Origin: Yinghuangia sp. YIM S10712
GTDB taxonomy: Bacteria > Actinomycetota > Actinomycetes > Streptomycetales > Streptomycetaceae
Length of the DNA stretch: 59,279 nt
Direction of reading: 5' to 3'
NCBI RefSeq assembly: GCF_051388935.1
Contig: NZ_JBPKBI010000009.1
Span: forward strand, 121,073-180,351
Part shown: piece after piece, positions 1 through 8,565 of the stretch
Layout: each line of letters opens with the position of its first letter
Numbering within the stretch: position 1 is the first letter of the stretch
Translations under genes and position numbers: made by a program
The notes under the pieces: generated by a model
What the model saw: only the letters and a program-made list of their open reading frames with translations
Told to the model about the DNA's origin: nothing
Database searches by the model: none

Positions 1-468
1 CCGTCGCGGCTGCCCGGGAACTCCAGGACCGTGGCCGTCGGCGCGTCGTCCGACTTGTCCGCGGCCTGCTCCGGGCGGCTGCGCGGCACGACCGCCCGGA
101 CGACCTTGCCGTCCGGGACGGGTAGGACCTCGATTCCTTGCGACAGGCGCGCCACGATCCACAACCCGTATCCGGGTGGGCTGCGCCGCCGTGCGACGCC
201 GAGCCGGTCGGGCCCGGTGTCCTGCACGGCGACGTCGACGGAGTCGGGCTCCACCGCGACGCTCAGCCGACACGGGCCGGGGGCGTGTCGGCAGGCGTTC
301 GCGACGAGCTCGCCCACGACCATGAGCACGTCCCGGCAGATGTCCGGGCCCAGCGGCGGCTGCAGGGCCGCGTCGGTGAGGAACCGGCGTGCTTCGCGCC
401 GGGCACCGCGCACGGACCCCGCGCTACCGTCCAGCTCGACCACCAGGGTCGCGGGTGAATTCTCCATG
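1..468 (-). CDS. Anti-sigma factor / serine-protein kinase of the RsbW/SpoIIAB type (HATPase_c); its C-terminus runs off the window start
   Basis: My own translation of the minus strand from the ATG at 468 gives MENSPATLVVELDGSAGSVRGARREARRFLTDAALQPP...VGELVANACRHAPGP...VQDTGPD...GYGLWIVARLSQGIEV. The N-box and G-box (GYGLWIV) of GHKL anti-sigma kinases are present. It lies 32 nt downstream of the sigma gene on the same strand. It is missing from the ORF track because it has no stop codon inside the window. Confidence 0.7.
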
Positions 469-499
469 GGCACTCTGTATCTTCGCGCAAGCACGCAGC

Positions 500-1438
500 C
501 TACGCTGCGGCTTGGCGAAGCCGCTTCGCCCGGGGGGCGGCGTCCGACTCCAGTTGTTCGCGCAGCCGTGACAGCGTCGCACTGAGCAGCCGCGATATGT
601 GCATCTGCGAGACGCCGAGGCGCTCGCCGATCTCCCGCTGCGGCATGTCCTGCCAAAAGCGCATCTCCAAGATCATCTGCTCGCGTTCGGGAAGGGCGCT
701 GAGCAGGGGTTTCACCGATTCCCTGAAGTCGACGAGGTCGAGCTCGCGTTCTTCGTACGGCAGGAGATCGGCCAGCGGGGTCCGGTGGCGTCCGGAGCTG
801 TCGTTGCCGGCCGGCGCGGCGTCGATCGAGTCGACCATGTAGGCGCGCCCCGCCTCGCGGGCCTCGCGTACGTCCTTGACGTCCATGTCGAGGCACGCGG
901 CGATCTCCGACGCGGTCGGCTCGCGCGAGAGTTCCTGTTCGAGCTGGTGCACGGTGCGGGTGACCGCGAGGAAGCGCTCCTGGAGGGTGCGCGTGACGTG
1001 TACGCCCCACGACGTGTCGCGGAAGAACCGCTTGATCTCGCCGGAGATCGTGGGCAGTGCGAACGACGCGAACTCCGAGCCGCGGTCGACGTCGTAGCCG
1101 TCGATAGCCTTGAGCAGGCCGACGGTTCCGGTCTGGAAGATGTCGTCGTACGGTGCCCGCCGCCGCGCGAATCCGCGGGCGACGTAGTGCACGAGCGCGA
1201 TGTTGAGGTCCACGACAATCGCGCGCAACCGGCCGTACGCCTCGGTCTCGGGCCCGACTTCGCGCATACGGCGCAGCAACTGCTCGGTGAGTCGGCGGAC
1301 TTCGGTTTTGTCCAGGTTGCGCATGTCCTCGTGGCGCAGCGTTTCGAGGGATCGTTCCTCGGGGGAGAGCTGCGCGGCTGTGGACATCGGGACGGAGAGT
1401 TCGCGGGAAGGGACAACAGCGCTGGTGGGCGCGGACAT
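500..1438 (-). CDS. RNA polymerase sigma factor, SigB/SigF/SigG group (sigma-70 regions 2-4)
   Basis: ORF 500..1528 contains TGTVGLLKAIDGYDVDRGSEFASFALPTISGEIKRFFRD (region 2) and REQMILEMRFWQDMPQREIGERLGVSQMHISRL (region 4 HTH). The start was chosen at the internal ATG (MSAPTSAVV) at 1438, which is preceded by a GAGGAG ribosome-binding site. Confidence 0.85.
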   Translation of the reverse strand: MSAPTSAVVPSRELSVPMSTAAQLSPEERSLETLRHEDMRNLDKTEVRRLTEQLLRRMREVGPETEAYGRLRAIVVDLNIALVHYVARGFARRRAPYDDIFQTGTVGLLKAIDGYDVDRGSEFASFALPTISGEIKRFFRDTSWGVHVTRTLQERFLAVTRTVHQLEQELSREPTASEIAACLDMDVKDVREAREAGRAYMVDSIDAAPAGNDSSGRHRTPLADLLPYEERELDLVDFRESVKPLLSALPEREQMILEMRFWQDMPQREIGERLGVSQMHISRLLSATLSRLREQLESDAAPRAKRLRQAAA

Positions 1439-1660
1439 ATTTCGGCTCCTCAAGAGTCCGAAGACCCGCGGCGGTGGCGCCCGGTGCGGCCGTTCGGCCC
1501 CCGGCACCGGCGTGCGCACACGGCACACCGCGGGTGAGGGCTCCGCACATGCCCGGCTTCTTCAGGCGAGCGGTGCCCCGGCACGTGATGCGTGCCTTGG
1601 CGGGCGGCACACATACCGCCCTTTGAGTCGGGCCCGGCAGGCGGACTCGGCGACTCGACC

Positions 1661-1692
1661 GGTCACCTACCCACTTCCCCCACCTGAAACTC
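1661..1692 (-). promoter_or_regulatory. Candidate SigB-type promoter (GTTT-N14-GGGTAG) reading toward the sigma gene
   Basis: The minus strand reads GTTTCAGGTGGGGGAAGTGGGTAGGT. This matches the actinomycete SigB consensus GTTT-N14-16-GGGTAY. It sits about 225 nt upstream of the sigma start. Confidence 0.4.
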
Positions 1693-1824
1693 CGTCACGA
1701 GGGAAATTTTCCGGTCGAGTTCGCATGCCGTCCGCGTGAAGGGCCGGATACCGTCCGTGAGGACCGCGCCGGCGTGTGCCCGGCTCGCGGCGTGTCCCGC
1801 GAACTCGCCTGACGTGACACCGAG

Positions 1825-2271
1825 TCAGCGGCTGCCGCCGATACTCGGCGAGGTGGCGGTGCCGAGGAAGAACGTGTCGATACTGCGCACCGCATGCGTG
1901 AAGTCGTCGAAGTTGACCGGCTTGGTGATGTACGCGTTGCTGTGGTTCCGATACGCGGCGGCGACGTCTTCCGGCGCGCCCGACGTGGTCAGCACGACCG
2001 TCGGGATCATCTTGAAGTCGTCGTCGTTCTTCAGCACGCTCAGCAACTCGCGGCCGTTCATGCGCGGCATGTTGAGGTCCAGAAGGATCAGGTCCGGACG
2101 CGGCGCGTCGGGATCGCGCAGGCGTTCCAACGCCGCCACGCCGTCCGGGACCTGCGCGATACGCCGCGGGGTGAGGCTCTGCGTCAGCGCCTCCTCGATC
2201 AGCAGCGCGTCGGCGATGTCGTCCTCCACCAGCAGGATGTCGTATGGGCGGGCGGGCGGTGCGGCGGGCAT
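1825..2271 (-). CDS. Single-domain response regulator (CheY-like receiver), paralog A
   Basis: MPAAPPARPYDILLVEDDIADALLIEEAL...DLILLDLNMPRMNGRELL...VVLTTSGAPEDVAAAYRNHSNAYITKPVNFDDF carries the receiver acidic pocket (EDD, D in LLDLNMP) and the conserved K in ITKP. The start at 2271 overlaps the stop of the upstream ORF (TGATG). Confidence 0.8.
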   Translation of the reverse strand: MPAAPPARPYDILLVEDDIADALLIEEALTQSLTPRRIAQVPDGVAALERLRDPDAPRPDLILLDLNMPRMNGRELLSVLKNDDDFKMIPTVVLTTSGAPEDVAAAYRNHSNAYITKPVNFDDFTHAVRSIDTFFLGTATSPSIGGSR

Positions 2272-2651
2272 CAGTGTCTCCGCTCGGTGGAAGGGGTTTG
2301 TCCCGGGCGGTTGACACGTGCCGAGGCACCGGCCGCTGCCAGGCCCGGCCATCGGCGCCGGGCGCCCTGCCGGGTGATACGGCACGCCTGGCCGAGCTGC
2401 GGGTAGCCGGCCCCGGCGTGTGCGGCCCTCGCCGCGGTCTCGCTCATCGCCCGCTCCACCGCCCGTTGCAGGAAGGCGAGCGCGCGCAGTGTGGCGAGCT
2501 CGGAGTCCCGGCTGTGCGCGGACGGATCGGCGGGGTCCAGGGGCGGGAACGTCTGCAACACCAGGCGCGCGGCCAGTTCGGTGACCGCGGCGTGCGCTGC
2601 CGCGGCGACCTCTTCTTCGGCGTCGACGGGCGTGACGTGGGAGCCGGGCAT
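2271..2651 (-). CDS. Hypothetical 126-aa protein, helical, with a possible C-terminal HTH, translationally coupled to receiver A
   Basis: ORF MPGSHVTPVDAEEEVAAAAHAAVTELAARLV...GYPQLGQACRITRQGARRRW has a high-GC third-codon-position pattern. Its stop overlaps the start codon of the receiver gene. I recognise no family for it. Confidence 0.4.
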   Translation of the reverse strand: MPGSHVTPVDAEEEVAAAAHAAVTELAARLVLQTFPPLDPADPSAHSRDSELATLRALAFLQRAVERAMSETAARAAHAGAGYPQLGQACRITRQGARRRWPGLAAAGASARVNRPGQTPSTERRH

Positions 2652-2853
2652 TACGCAAGGTTAGGTCCCCCCGCCGCGACGAACAACGCCCGCGCGTCAG
2701 GCGCCTCGGCGCCGACTCCGCGGAGCGCCTTCGAAATCCCGCCGGGGCCGGGCGGCAGGGCACGGCCGCCGACCATGGCGGGTTCCCGCGCGCCGAGTGA
2801 CATTCCGCTGCCGAGAGGTGTCCACCGGGCATGGCCGATCCCACCGACGCGGC

Positions 2854-4095
2854 TTATTGGTCGGTGATCCGTCGCCCCGACGGGCGGCTTTCCGAGCCGA
2901 GCGGGCGCCAGGCCAGGTGCAGGACCGCGAGGTCGTCCGCGTGGCGGCCTCCGTCGAGCTGTTGGGCGGTGGTGACGAGGTGGTCGAGCAGCCGCTCGGG
3001 GTCGGGTTCGTCGGCGCGTTCGATCAGCTCGATCAGACCCGCGGTGCCCAGCCGCCCTCGGCCCGGGCCGACGTGGCCCTCGACGAGGCCGTCGGTGTAC
3101 AGCAACAGGGCGTCGGCGTTCGGCAGTTGCGTGGTCGTCGGACGCCACCCCCGATGGCCCGGCACGATGCCCAGCGCGATGCCCAGCGTCGTCTCCGGCT
3201 CGCGCACCGAACCGTTCGCGCACAGCAGCGGAGGGTGGTGGCCCGCGAGTGTGACCGTCACGACGTTCGCCGCCCGGTCGAGGACCAGCGTGCCGCAGGT
3301 CGCGAACATGTCGGTGCGCAACCGCTCGGCGACCAGCACCTCTTCGAGCAGACCCAGCAGTTCGACGCCGCGCAGTCCCGCCAACGTCAGGGCGCGCCAG
3401 GCGATCCGCAGCGACGCGCCGAGCGCCGCCTCGTCCGGGCCGTGCCCGCTCACGTCGCCGATCACCGCGTGCACCATGCCGTCGGGTGTCTGCACGACGT
3501 CGAGGAAGTCACCGCCGAGCAAGGCCCGCTGACGGCCCGGCAGATAGCGGCTCGTGGCGGTGACACCGGGGTCGGGCAGTAGCGGCTCGGGAAGCAGGCC
3601 GCGTTCGAGGCGCGCGTTCTCCTGCGCGTGGATCCGGTTCTCCAGCAGCTCGGCGTTGGCCTGCTCGGCCTGCTTGCGGTGCATCGCGTAGCGCAGGACC
3701 CGGGCCAGCAGGTCCGGTTCGACCTGCCCCTTGACCAGGTAGTCCTGCGCGCCGCCGGCCATGGCCTGGGTGCCGGCCTGCGACTCCGCGAGGCCGGTCA
3801 GCACCACCACGGCCGCCGACGGACACGCGCTCTGCACCGCACCGACCGCAGCGACGCCCGAGGCGTCGGGCAGGTGCAGGTCGAGCAGCACGATGTCGGG
3901 GCGTCCGCGCTGTATTTCGGTCACCGCGTCGGCCAGGGTCTTCTTCCACCGCAGCGTGTGGCCGAGCCGGGTGTCGGCAAGGAGTTCCTCCACGAGCAGG
4001 GCGTCGCCCGGGTCGTCCTCGATCAGCAGGATGCGGTACGGCGGTTCGGGCTCCGCGCCGGGCCGGGGCACCTGCGAGGTCTCGGGCGCCGTCAT
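2854..4095 (-). CDS. Response-regulator receiver fused to a PP2C (SpoIIE-type) serine phosphatase, RsbU/RsbY-like
   Basis: From the internal start MTAPETSQ at 4095 (GGAGG ribosome-binding site): receiver YRILLIEDDPGDALLVEELL...DIVLLDLHLPDASG, then PP2C motifs GGDFLDV, IGDVSGHG and LLLYTDGLVE. The start codon overlaps the stop of the upstream kinase gene (ATGA). Confidence 0.85.
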   Translation of the reverse strand: MTAPETSQVPRPGAEPEPPYRILLIEDDPGDALLVEELLADTRLGHTLRWKKTLADAVTEIQRGRPDIVLLDLHLPDASGVAAVGAVQSACPSAAVVVLTGLAESQAGTQAMAGGAQDYLVKGQVEPDLLARVLRYAMHRKQAEQANAELLENRIHAQENARLERGLLPEPLLPDPGVTATSRYLPGRQRALLGGDFLDVVQTPDGMVHAVIGDVSGHGPDEAALGASLRIAWRALTLAGLRGVELLGLLEEVLVAERLRTDMFATCGTLVLDRAANVVTVTLAGHHPPLLCANGSVREPETTLGIALGIVPGHRGWRPTTTQLPNADALLLYTDGLVEGHVGPGRGRLGTAGLIELIERADEPDPERLLDHLVTTAQQLDGGRHADDLAVLHLAWRPLGSESRPSGRRITDQ

Positions 4096-5720
4096 TCCTC
4101 CGAACCTCCGTCCGCGGGCAGCGTGAACGAGATGCTGGTGCCGGGGGAGTGGCCGGTGTCCACCGCGATGGTGCCGCCGTGGAACTCGACGATCTTCTTG
4201 CACATCGCGAGCCCGATCCCGGTGCCCGGGTACGCGTCCTTCGCGTGCAGGCGCTGGAAGATGACGAAAACCCGCTCGGCGTACTCGGGATCGATCCCGA
4301 TGCCGTTGTCGGTGACCGTGAACCGCCACAACGGGACGTGCTCGGCGGCCTGGGCGAGCTCGTCGGCCCCCGAGCCGTCGACTCGCTCGTCGTCGACCGC
4401 GGTGACCGACACGTGGATGCGCGGCGGGCTTTCGGGGTCGCGGAATTTGACCGCGTTGCCGAGCAGGTTCTGCCACAGCATGACCATCTGCGTCGGATCG
4501 GCGGTCAGGGTGGGCATCGGGTCGTGGGTGATGACCGCGCCGGACTCTTCCGCGGCGATGCTGAGATTGTCCACCGCGTCGGCGAAGGTGCGTTCCAGGT
4601 CCACCGTCTCATGTTCCCGCCGCGTGCGCCCGACGCGCGAGAAGGCGAGCAGGTCGTTGATGAGCCGCTGCATGCGGTTCGCCCCGTCGACCGCGAACTC
4701 GATGTACTGATCGGCGCGTTCGTCCAGGTTCCCGGCGTAACGCCGTTGCAGGAGCTGGCAGAAGCTGGCGACCTTGCGCAGAGGTTCCTGGAGATCGTGC
4801 GACGCGACGTACGCGAACTGCTCCAACTCGGCGTTGGAGCGCCGCAGATCCTCCGACTGCTCGTCGAGCCGCCGGCGGGCCAGGTCGGCGAAGACCAGTT
4901 CGTCGATCAGCCGCCGGCGCATCCCCTCGACGTCGTTGGCGAGCGCCCGCAGGTCGGCCGGGCCCGTGGTGTCGATGCCGTGGTCGAAGTCGCCGTCGCT
5001 GATCCGCCGTACGTCCGCCCCGAGCCGTTCCAGCGGCACCGTGACACCGCGCCGGAAGCCCTCGGAGACCAGCACCGCGAGCGCCACGATCACGACCGCG
5101 ATCGCCGCCAGGAGCAGGTCGCGCAGTTGCTGCGCGTCGTGCAGGTCCCCGGCCGCGTCTTGGCGGTTGTCCTGGAGGCGGTCCTGCAACGCGGCGGCGG
5201 ACGAGCGGACGGCGTCGAACGAGTCCTTGCCCGCGTTGAGCCGGTTCGTCGCCTCGGCGGTCTGCGTGCCGGCGCCTCCCGGGATGCCCGGCGCCGTCTC
5301 GACGATGGGCCGAGCGGTCGTCACCTGCCATGCCGCGACCTTGTCGAGCACGGCGTCGAGGTCGCCTTCGGCGGCCGTGCCGGCGATCAGCCCGCGCAGC
5401 ACGGCGACGCTGTCCTGCTCCTCGGCAACCCCGCGCCGATACGGTTCGAGGTAGTCGGGCCGACCGGCCAGTGCGTACCCCCGCACCCCTGTCTCCTGGT
5501 TCAACAGCGCCTTCTCCAGGCGCAGCGCCTCGATCAGCGCCGGCGACTCGCGGTCGGTCAGGCGGTCGGTCGCCTCCGAGGCGCGGTACAGCGCCCACGC
5601 GCCCAACGAGCCCAGGACCAGGAGCACGATGAGCGAGCCGACGACTCCGGCGGTCAGCCAGCGCCGAGTCGTCCATGCGGTCCGCCCGGACGGGGTGTCC
5701 TTCAAGCCGGGTGCGGCCAC
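4092..5720 (-). CDS. Sensor histidine kinase with N-terminal CHASE3 sensor, HAMP, HisKA and HATPase domains
   Basis: Transmembrane segment WLTAGVVGSLIVLLVLG is followed by a CHASE3-like region (LIEALRLEKALLNQETGVRGYALAGRPDYLEPYRRG). An H-box FAYVASHDLQEPLRKV and G-boxes DNGIGID and GTGIGLAMCKKIVEFHGG are present. The start is proposed at the GTG at 5720, preceded by GAAGGGAGG; the full ORF extends to 5837. Confidence 0.85.
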   Translation of the reverse strand: MAAPGLKDTPSGRTAWTTRRWLTAGVVGSLIVLLVLGSLGAWALYRASEATDRLTDRESPALIEALRLEKALLNQETGVRGYALAGRPDYLEPYRRGVAEEQDSVAVLRGLIAGTAAEGDLDAVLDKVAAWQVTTARPIVETAPGIPGGAGTQTAEATNRLNAGKDSFDAVRSSAAALQDRLQDNRQDAAGDLHDAQQLRDLLLAAIAVVIVALAVLVSEGFRRGVTVPLERLGADVRRISDGDFDHGIDTTGPADLRALANDVEGMRRRLIDELVFADLARRRLDEQSEDLRRSNAELEQFAYVASHDLQEPLRKVASFCQLLQRRYAGNLDERADQYIEFAVDGANRMQRLINDLLAFSRVGRTRREHETVDLERTFADAVDNLSIAAEESGAVITHDPMPTLTADPTQMVMLWQNLLGNAVKFRDPESPPRIHVSVTAVDDERVDGSGADELAQAAEHVPLWRFTVTDNGIGIDPEYAERVFVIFQRLHAKDAYPGTGIGLAMCKKIVEFHGGTIAVDTGHSPGTSISFTLPADGGSEE

Positions 5721-5946
5721 GCGGCCCTCCCTTCGACCGTTCCGCGTCGGCGACCACGGCCGGAGACGGCCGCCCGCAGGAGCCCGGCACACGATACATG
5801 CGCGCCTGACCACCACTGACAACGATTGTTGTCTCACGGCGCCGTGCGGCCTACTCTGACGGACGCATCGGCCGTCCCCCGCGACCGCGCGTCACGACGC
5901 GGCCCCCCGGCGTATCCGCGCCCCGCCCAGACCGGAGCCCACACTC

Positions 5947-6390
5947 ATGGCCGCGATCGCCGCCCGGCGCCCGTACGAGATCCTCCTCGTCGAGGACGAC
6001 CCGGCCGACGCCGTGCTGATCCAGGAAGCCCTGTGCGAGCAGTCGGCCCGCACGATCACCCGCGTTCCCGACGGTGTCGCCGCACTGGAACACCTGCGCG
6101 ACCCGGAGGTCGCGTGGCCCGACCTGATCGTGCTGGACCTCAACATGCCGCGCATGAGCGGCCGGGAACTTCTCAACGTGCTCAAGAACGACGACGAGCT
6201 CAAAGCCATCCCGGTCGTCGTCCTCACCACGTCGGGCGCCCCTGAGGACGTGGCGGCCGCGTACCGCAACCACAGCAACGCCTACATCACCAAGCCGGTC
6301 AACCTGGACGACTTCACCCACGCGGTCCGCAGCATCGACGCCTTCTTCCTGGAGACCGCGACGCTCCCGGGGCAGGACGACCACCGGTAG
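5947..6390 (+). CDS. Single-domain response regulator (CheY-like receiver), paralog B
   Basis: MAAIAARRPYEILLVEDDPADAVLIQEAL...DLIVLDLNMPRMSGRELL...VVLTTSGAPEDVAAAYRNHSNAYITKPVNLDDF is about 78% identical to the protein at 1825-2271. It is encoded on the opposite strand. Confidence 0.8.
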   Translation: MAAIAARRPYEILLVEDDPADAVLIQEALCEQSARTITRVPDGVAALEHLRDPEVAWPDLIVLDLNMPRMSGRELLNVLKNDDELKAIPVVVLTTSGAPEDVAAAYRNHSNAYITKPVNLDDFTHAVRSIDAFFLETATLPGQDDHR

Positions 6391-6406
6391 CCGGAAGCCC
6401 CGCCGC

Positions 6407-7288
6407 TCAGTGCTGGCGGATCACCGCCTCCTGGACCGCATGCGCGACCAGGACCCCTTCGTGGTCGTAGAACTCGCCGATGGCGAAGCCGCGGGCGTCC
6501 TGCGCGGTGGGGGAGGCCTGCGCGAACAGCAGCCACTCGTCGGCGCGGAAGGGCCGGTGGAACCACATCGCGTGGTCCAGCGACGCCATCTGGAGGTTCT
6601 GCGGATCGGTGACGTGGGGTGCCGCCGCGGTGCCGGCGAGGGTGAGATCGGACATGTACGCCATCGCACACACGTGCAGCAGCGGATCGTCCGGCAGTTG
6701 CTCCGCGGCCTTCATCCACACCCGCTGGTGCGGGACACCGTCGGTCAGGTGCGTGGCCGGCTGACGGTCCTGCGGCACGAAGCGCATGTCCATCACCAGA
6801 CGGGTCTGGGACGCCCCGTAGTGCTCGCGCTCCTTGCCCCGGCGCCCGCCGAACGGGTCCGGCAAGTCCTCGGGCCGCGGCACGTCCGGCATCGCGCGCT
6901 GGTGCTCGGTCGTGGTCTCGGGCACCTTGAACGAAGCCGACAAAGTGAAGATCGTCTCACCGTGCTGGACCGCCGTGACGCGGCGCGTGGTGAAGGAGCG
7001 TCCGTCGCGCACCCGGTCGACCAGGTAGATGATCGGCGACGTCGTCCGCCCGGGGCGTAGGAAGTAGCTGTGCAGCGAGTGAACCGGCCGCTCGGCGGTG
7101 ACCGTGCGCCCGGCGGCGACCAGCGCCTGCGCCGCGACCTGCCCGCCGAACGCGCGCAGCGGCGAACCGGCGTGGCACGTACCGCGGAAGATGTTCTGCT
7201 CGATCTCGTCGAGGCTGAGAAGATCGACGAAGCTTTCCGCCTGCCCGAAGTTGAACCGGGCCGTGCGGCCCTCTGGATGCTCGCTCAC
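6407..7288 (-). CDS. tesB: Acyl-CoA thioesterase II
   Basis: 293-aa ORF with a TesB-like double hot-dog fold. Recognised from FRGTCHAGSPLRAFGGQVAAQALVAAGRT, IYLVDRVRDGRSFTTRRVTAVQHGETIF and FAIGEFYDHEGVLVA. Confidence 0.85.
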   Translation of the reverse strand: MSEHPEGRTARFNFGQAESFVDLLSLDEIEQNIFRGTCHAGSPLRAFGGQVAAQALVAAGRTVTAERPVHSLHSYFLRPGRTTSPIIYLVDRVRDGRSFTTRRVTAVQHGETIFTLSASFKVPETTTEHQRAMPDVPRPEDLPDPFGGRRGKEREHYGASQTRLVMDMRFVPQDRQPATHLTDGVPHQRVWMKAAEQLPDDPLLHVCAMAYMSDLTLAGTAAAPHVTDPQNLQMASLDHAMWFHRPFRADEWLLFAQASPTAQDARGFAIGEFYDHEGVLVAHAVQEAVIRQH

Positions 7289-8565
7289 CGGGTCATCGTG
7301 TCAGACACGCCGCCGAGCGGCGACGCCCGCCGAACCCCGCCCCCGCCCGCGACCACACCGACGAGCTCCCCGTACAACCGCGACGAGGCCGAGCCGAACC
7401 GGAGCGGTCGACGCAAGTCCCGCTCGCCGACGCCCGGTCGGAAACGTCCGAAGCCCCGGCCACGCGCGCCCGAGTCACGGGCGACGACGGCGAAGCAGTG
7501 GGGCGCGTCACAGGATCGGGAGGACGCGATGCTGCGTGCAGCAAGGCGGCGGTCGCGTCGGGAACACCGAAGCCCGGAGGCGATGAGCGGCCTGCGAGTG
7601 CGGTTGTGAGCGCTGAGGCGCGCTATCCCGACGGCATGGTCGCGCGGGCACGACGGGCCCGTCGGGACAGACGGGGCTGACGTCGGGAAGCCCGCGTGAC
7701 CCCGGCGGGGTGCCCACCGCAGACAGGCTCCCAGGAGCGGAATCGGCCGCGGACGACTGTTGTCCGCGGTTTCCTCCGTCGCACCGCGGCCCACGATCCG
7801 GAACAGGCGTCGCACGTCCCGGCACGGTGTGGGCGTCGGCCTCGTCATGTGTGGCTGTCATGTCGCCGAGCGGCGGTGGTGGCGCCGGCTCGTCACTCGA
7901 TGTCTCCGCCGTGGTTCGCCGGGCCCCGCTGGTCGTCGGGATCGCCGGGGGTTCGGGGGCGGGTTGGGATCGCCGGGGTGCTCGGGTCGTGGGTCGGACC
8001 TCCGGGATCGCTGGCAGTGTTCGGGGGGTGCGTCGGGGTCTTCGGAACCTCCGGGGGTACACGGGTCCCGGTTCGGGTTGCTCACGGGGCGAACGCACTT
8101 GCAGGCTCTGCGGTCTCCGCGGCGCAGTGACGGCCCGGTGCCGGTCCGGCGCAGCAGGCGCACACCTGCCCGCGCGCCGCGAGACCGGACGCATTCACCG
8201 CAGACCCGGTCTTTGCACCCGGGGGCTGTTCCACGGATTCCGCAGCGTGTGGTGTGTTCGGGGCCGGACTTCCGTCGCGGCGTACCCGACGCGCGCATCG
8301 CGAAGGGCTCGGGCCGGTGTGCGGCGTGTTCGGGATCGGCCTCGTCGCGACGGTCGGCGCGGTCACCGCAACTCCATCGGCCCGGGGCACGTCCATGCGG
8401 TTTGCGTCTTGGCGTCCATGCGGCCGGAGTCGGACTCCGCCGGTCTCCGACGGCAGCGGTGTGTGGTCGCTAACCTGATCCGCGGCAAGGGGCCGGTGAG
8501 CTTGTCGGTGCGGGCGGGCGACGTGCAACTCCGGTAAATGAAGCGGTAAGCGGGGAGGTTGTCGC

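Noticed and set aside
4149-5819. 556-aa and 396-aa ORFs in other frames across the CHASE3 kinase gene
   Set aside because: They are shadow ORFs. The kinase frame carries H-box and G-box motifs and a ribosome-binding site.
7289-8565. Multiple 140-275-aa ORFs in all frames
   Set aside because: All have Arg/Pro/Gly/Ser junk composition and none has a ribosome-binding site or motifs. The interval is treated as non-coding or a pseudogene; see the findings.
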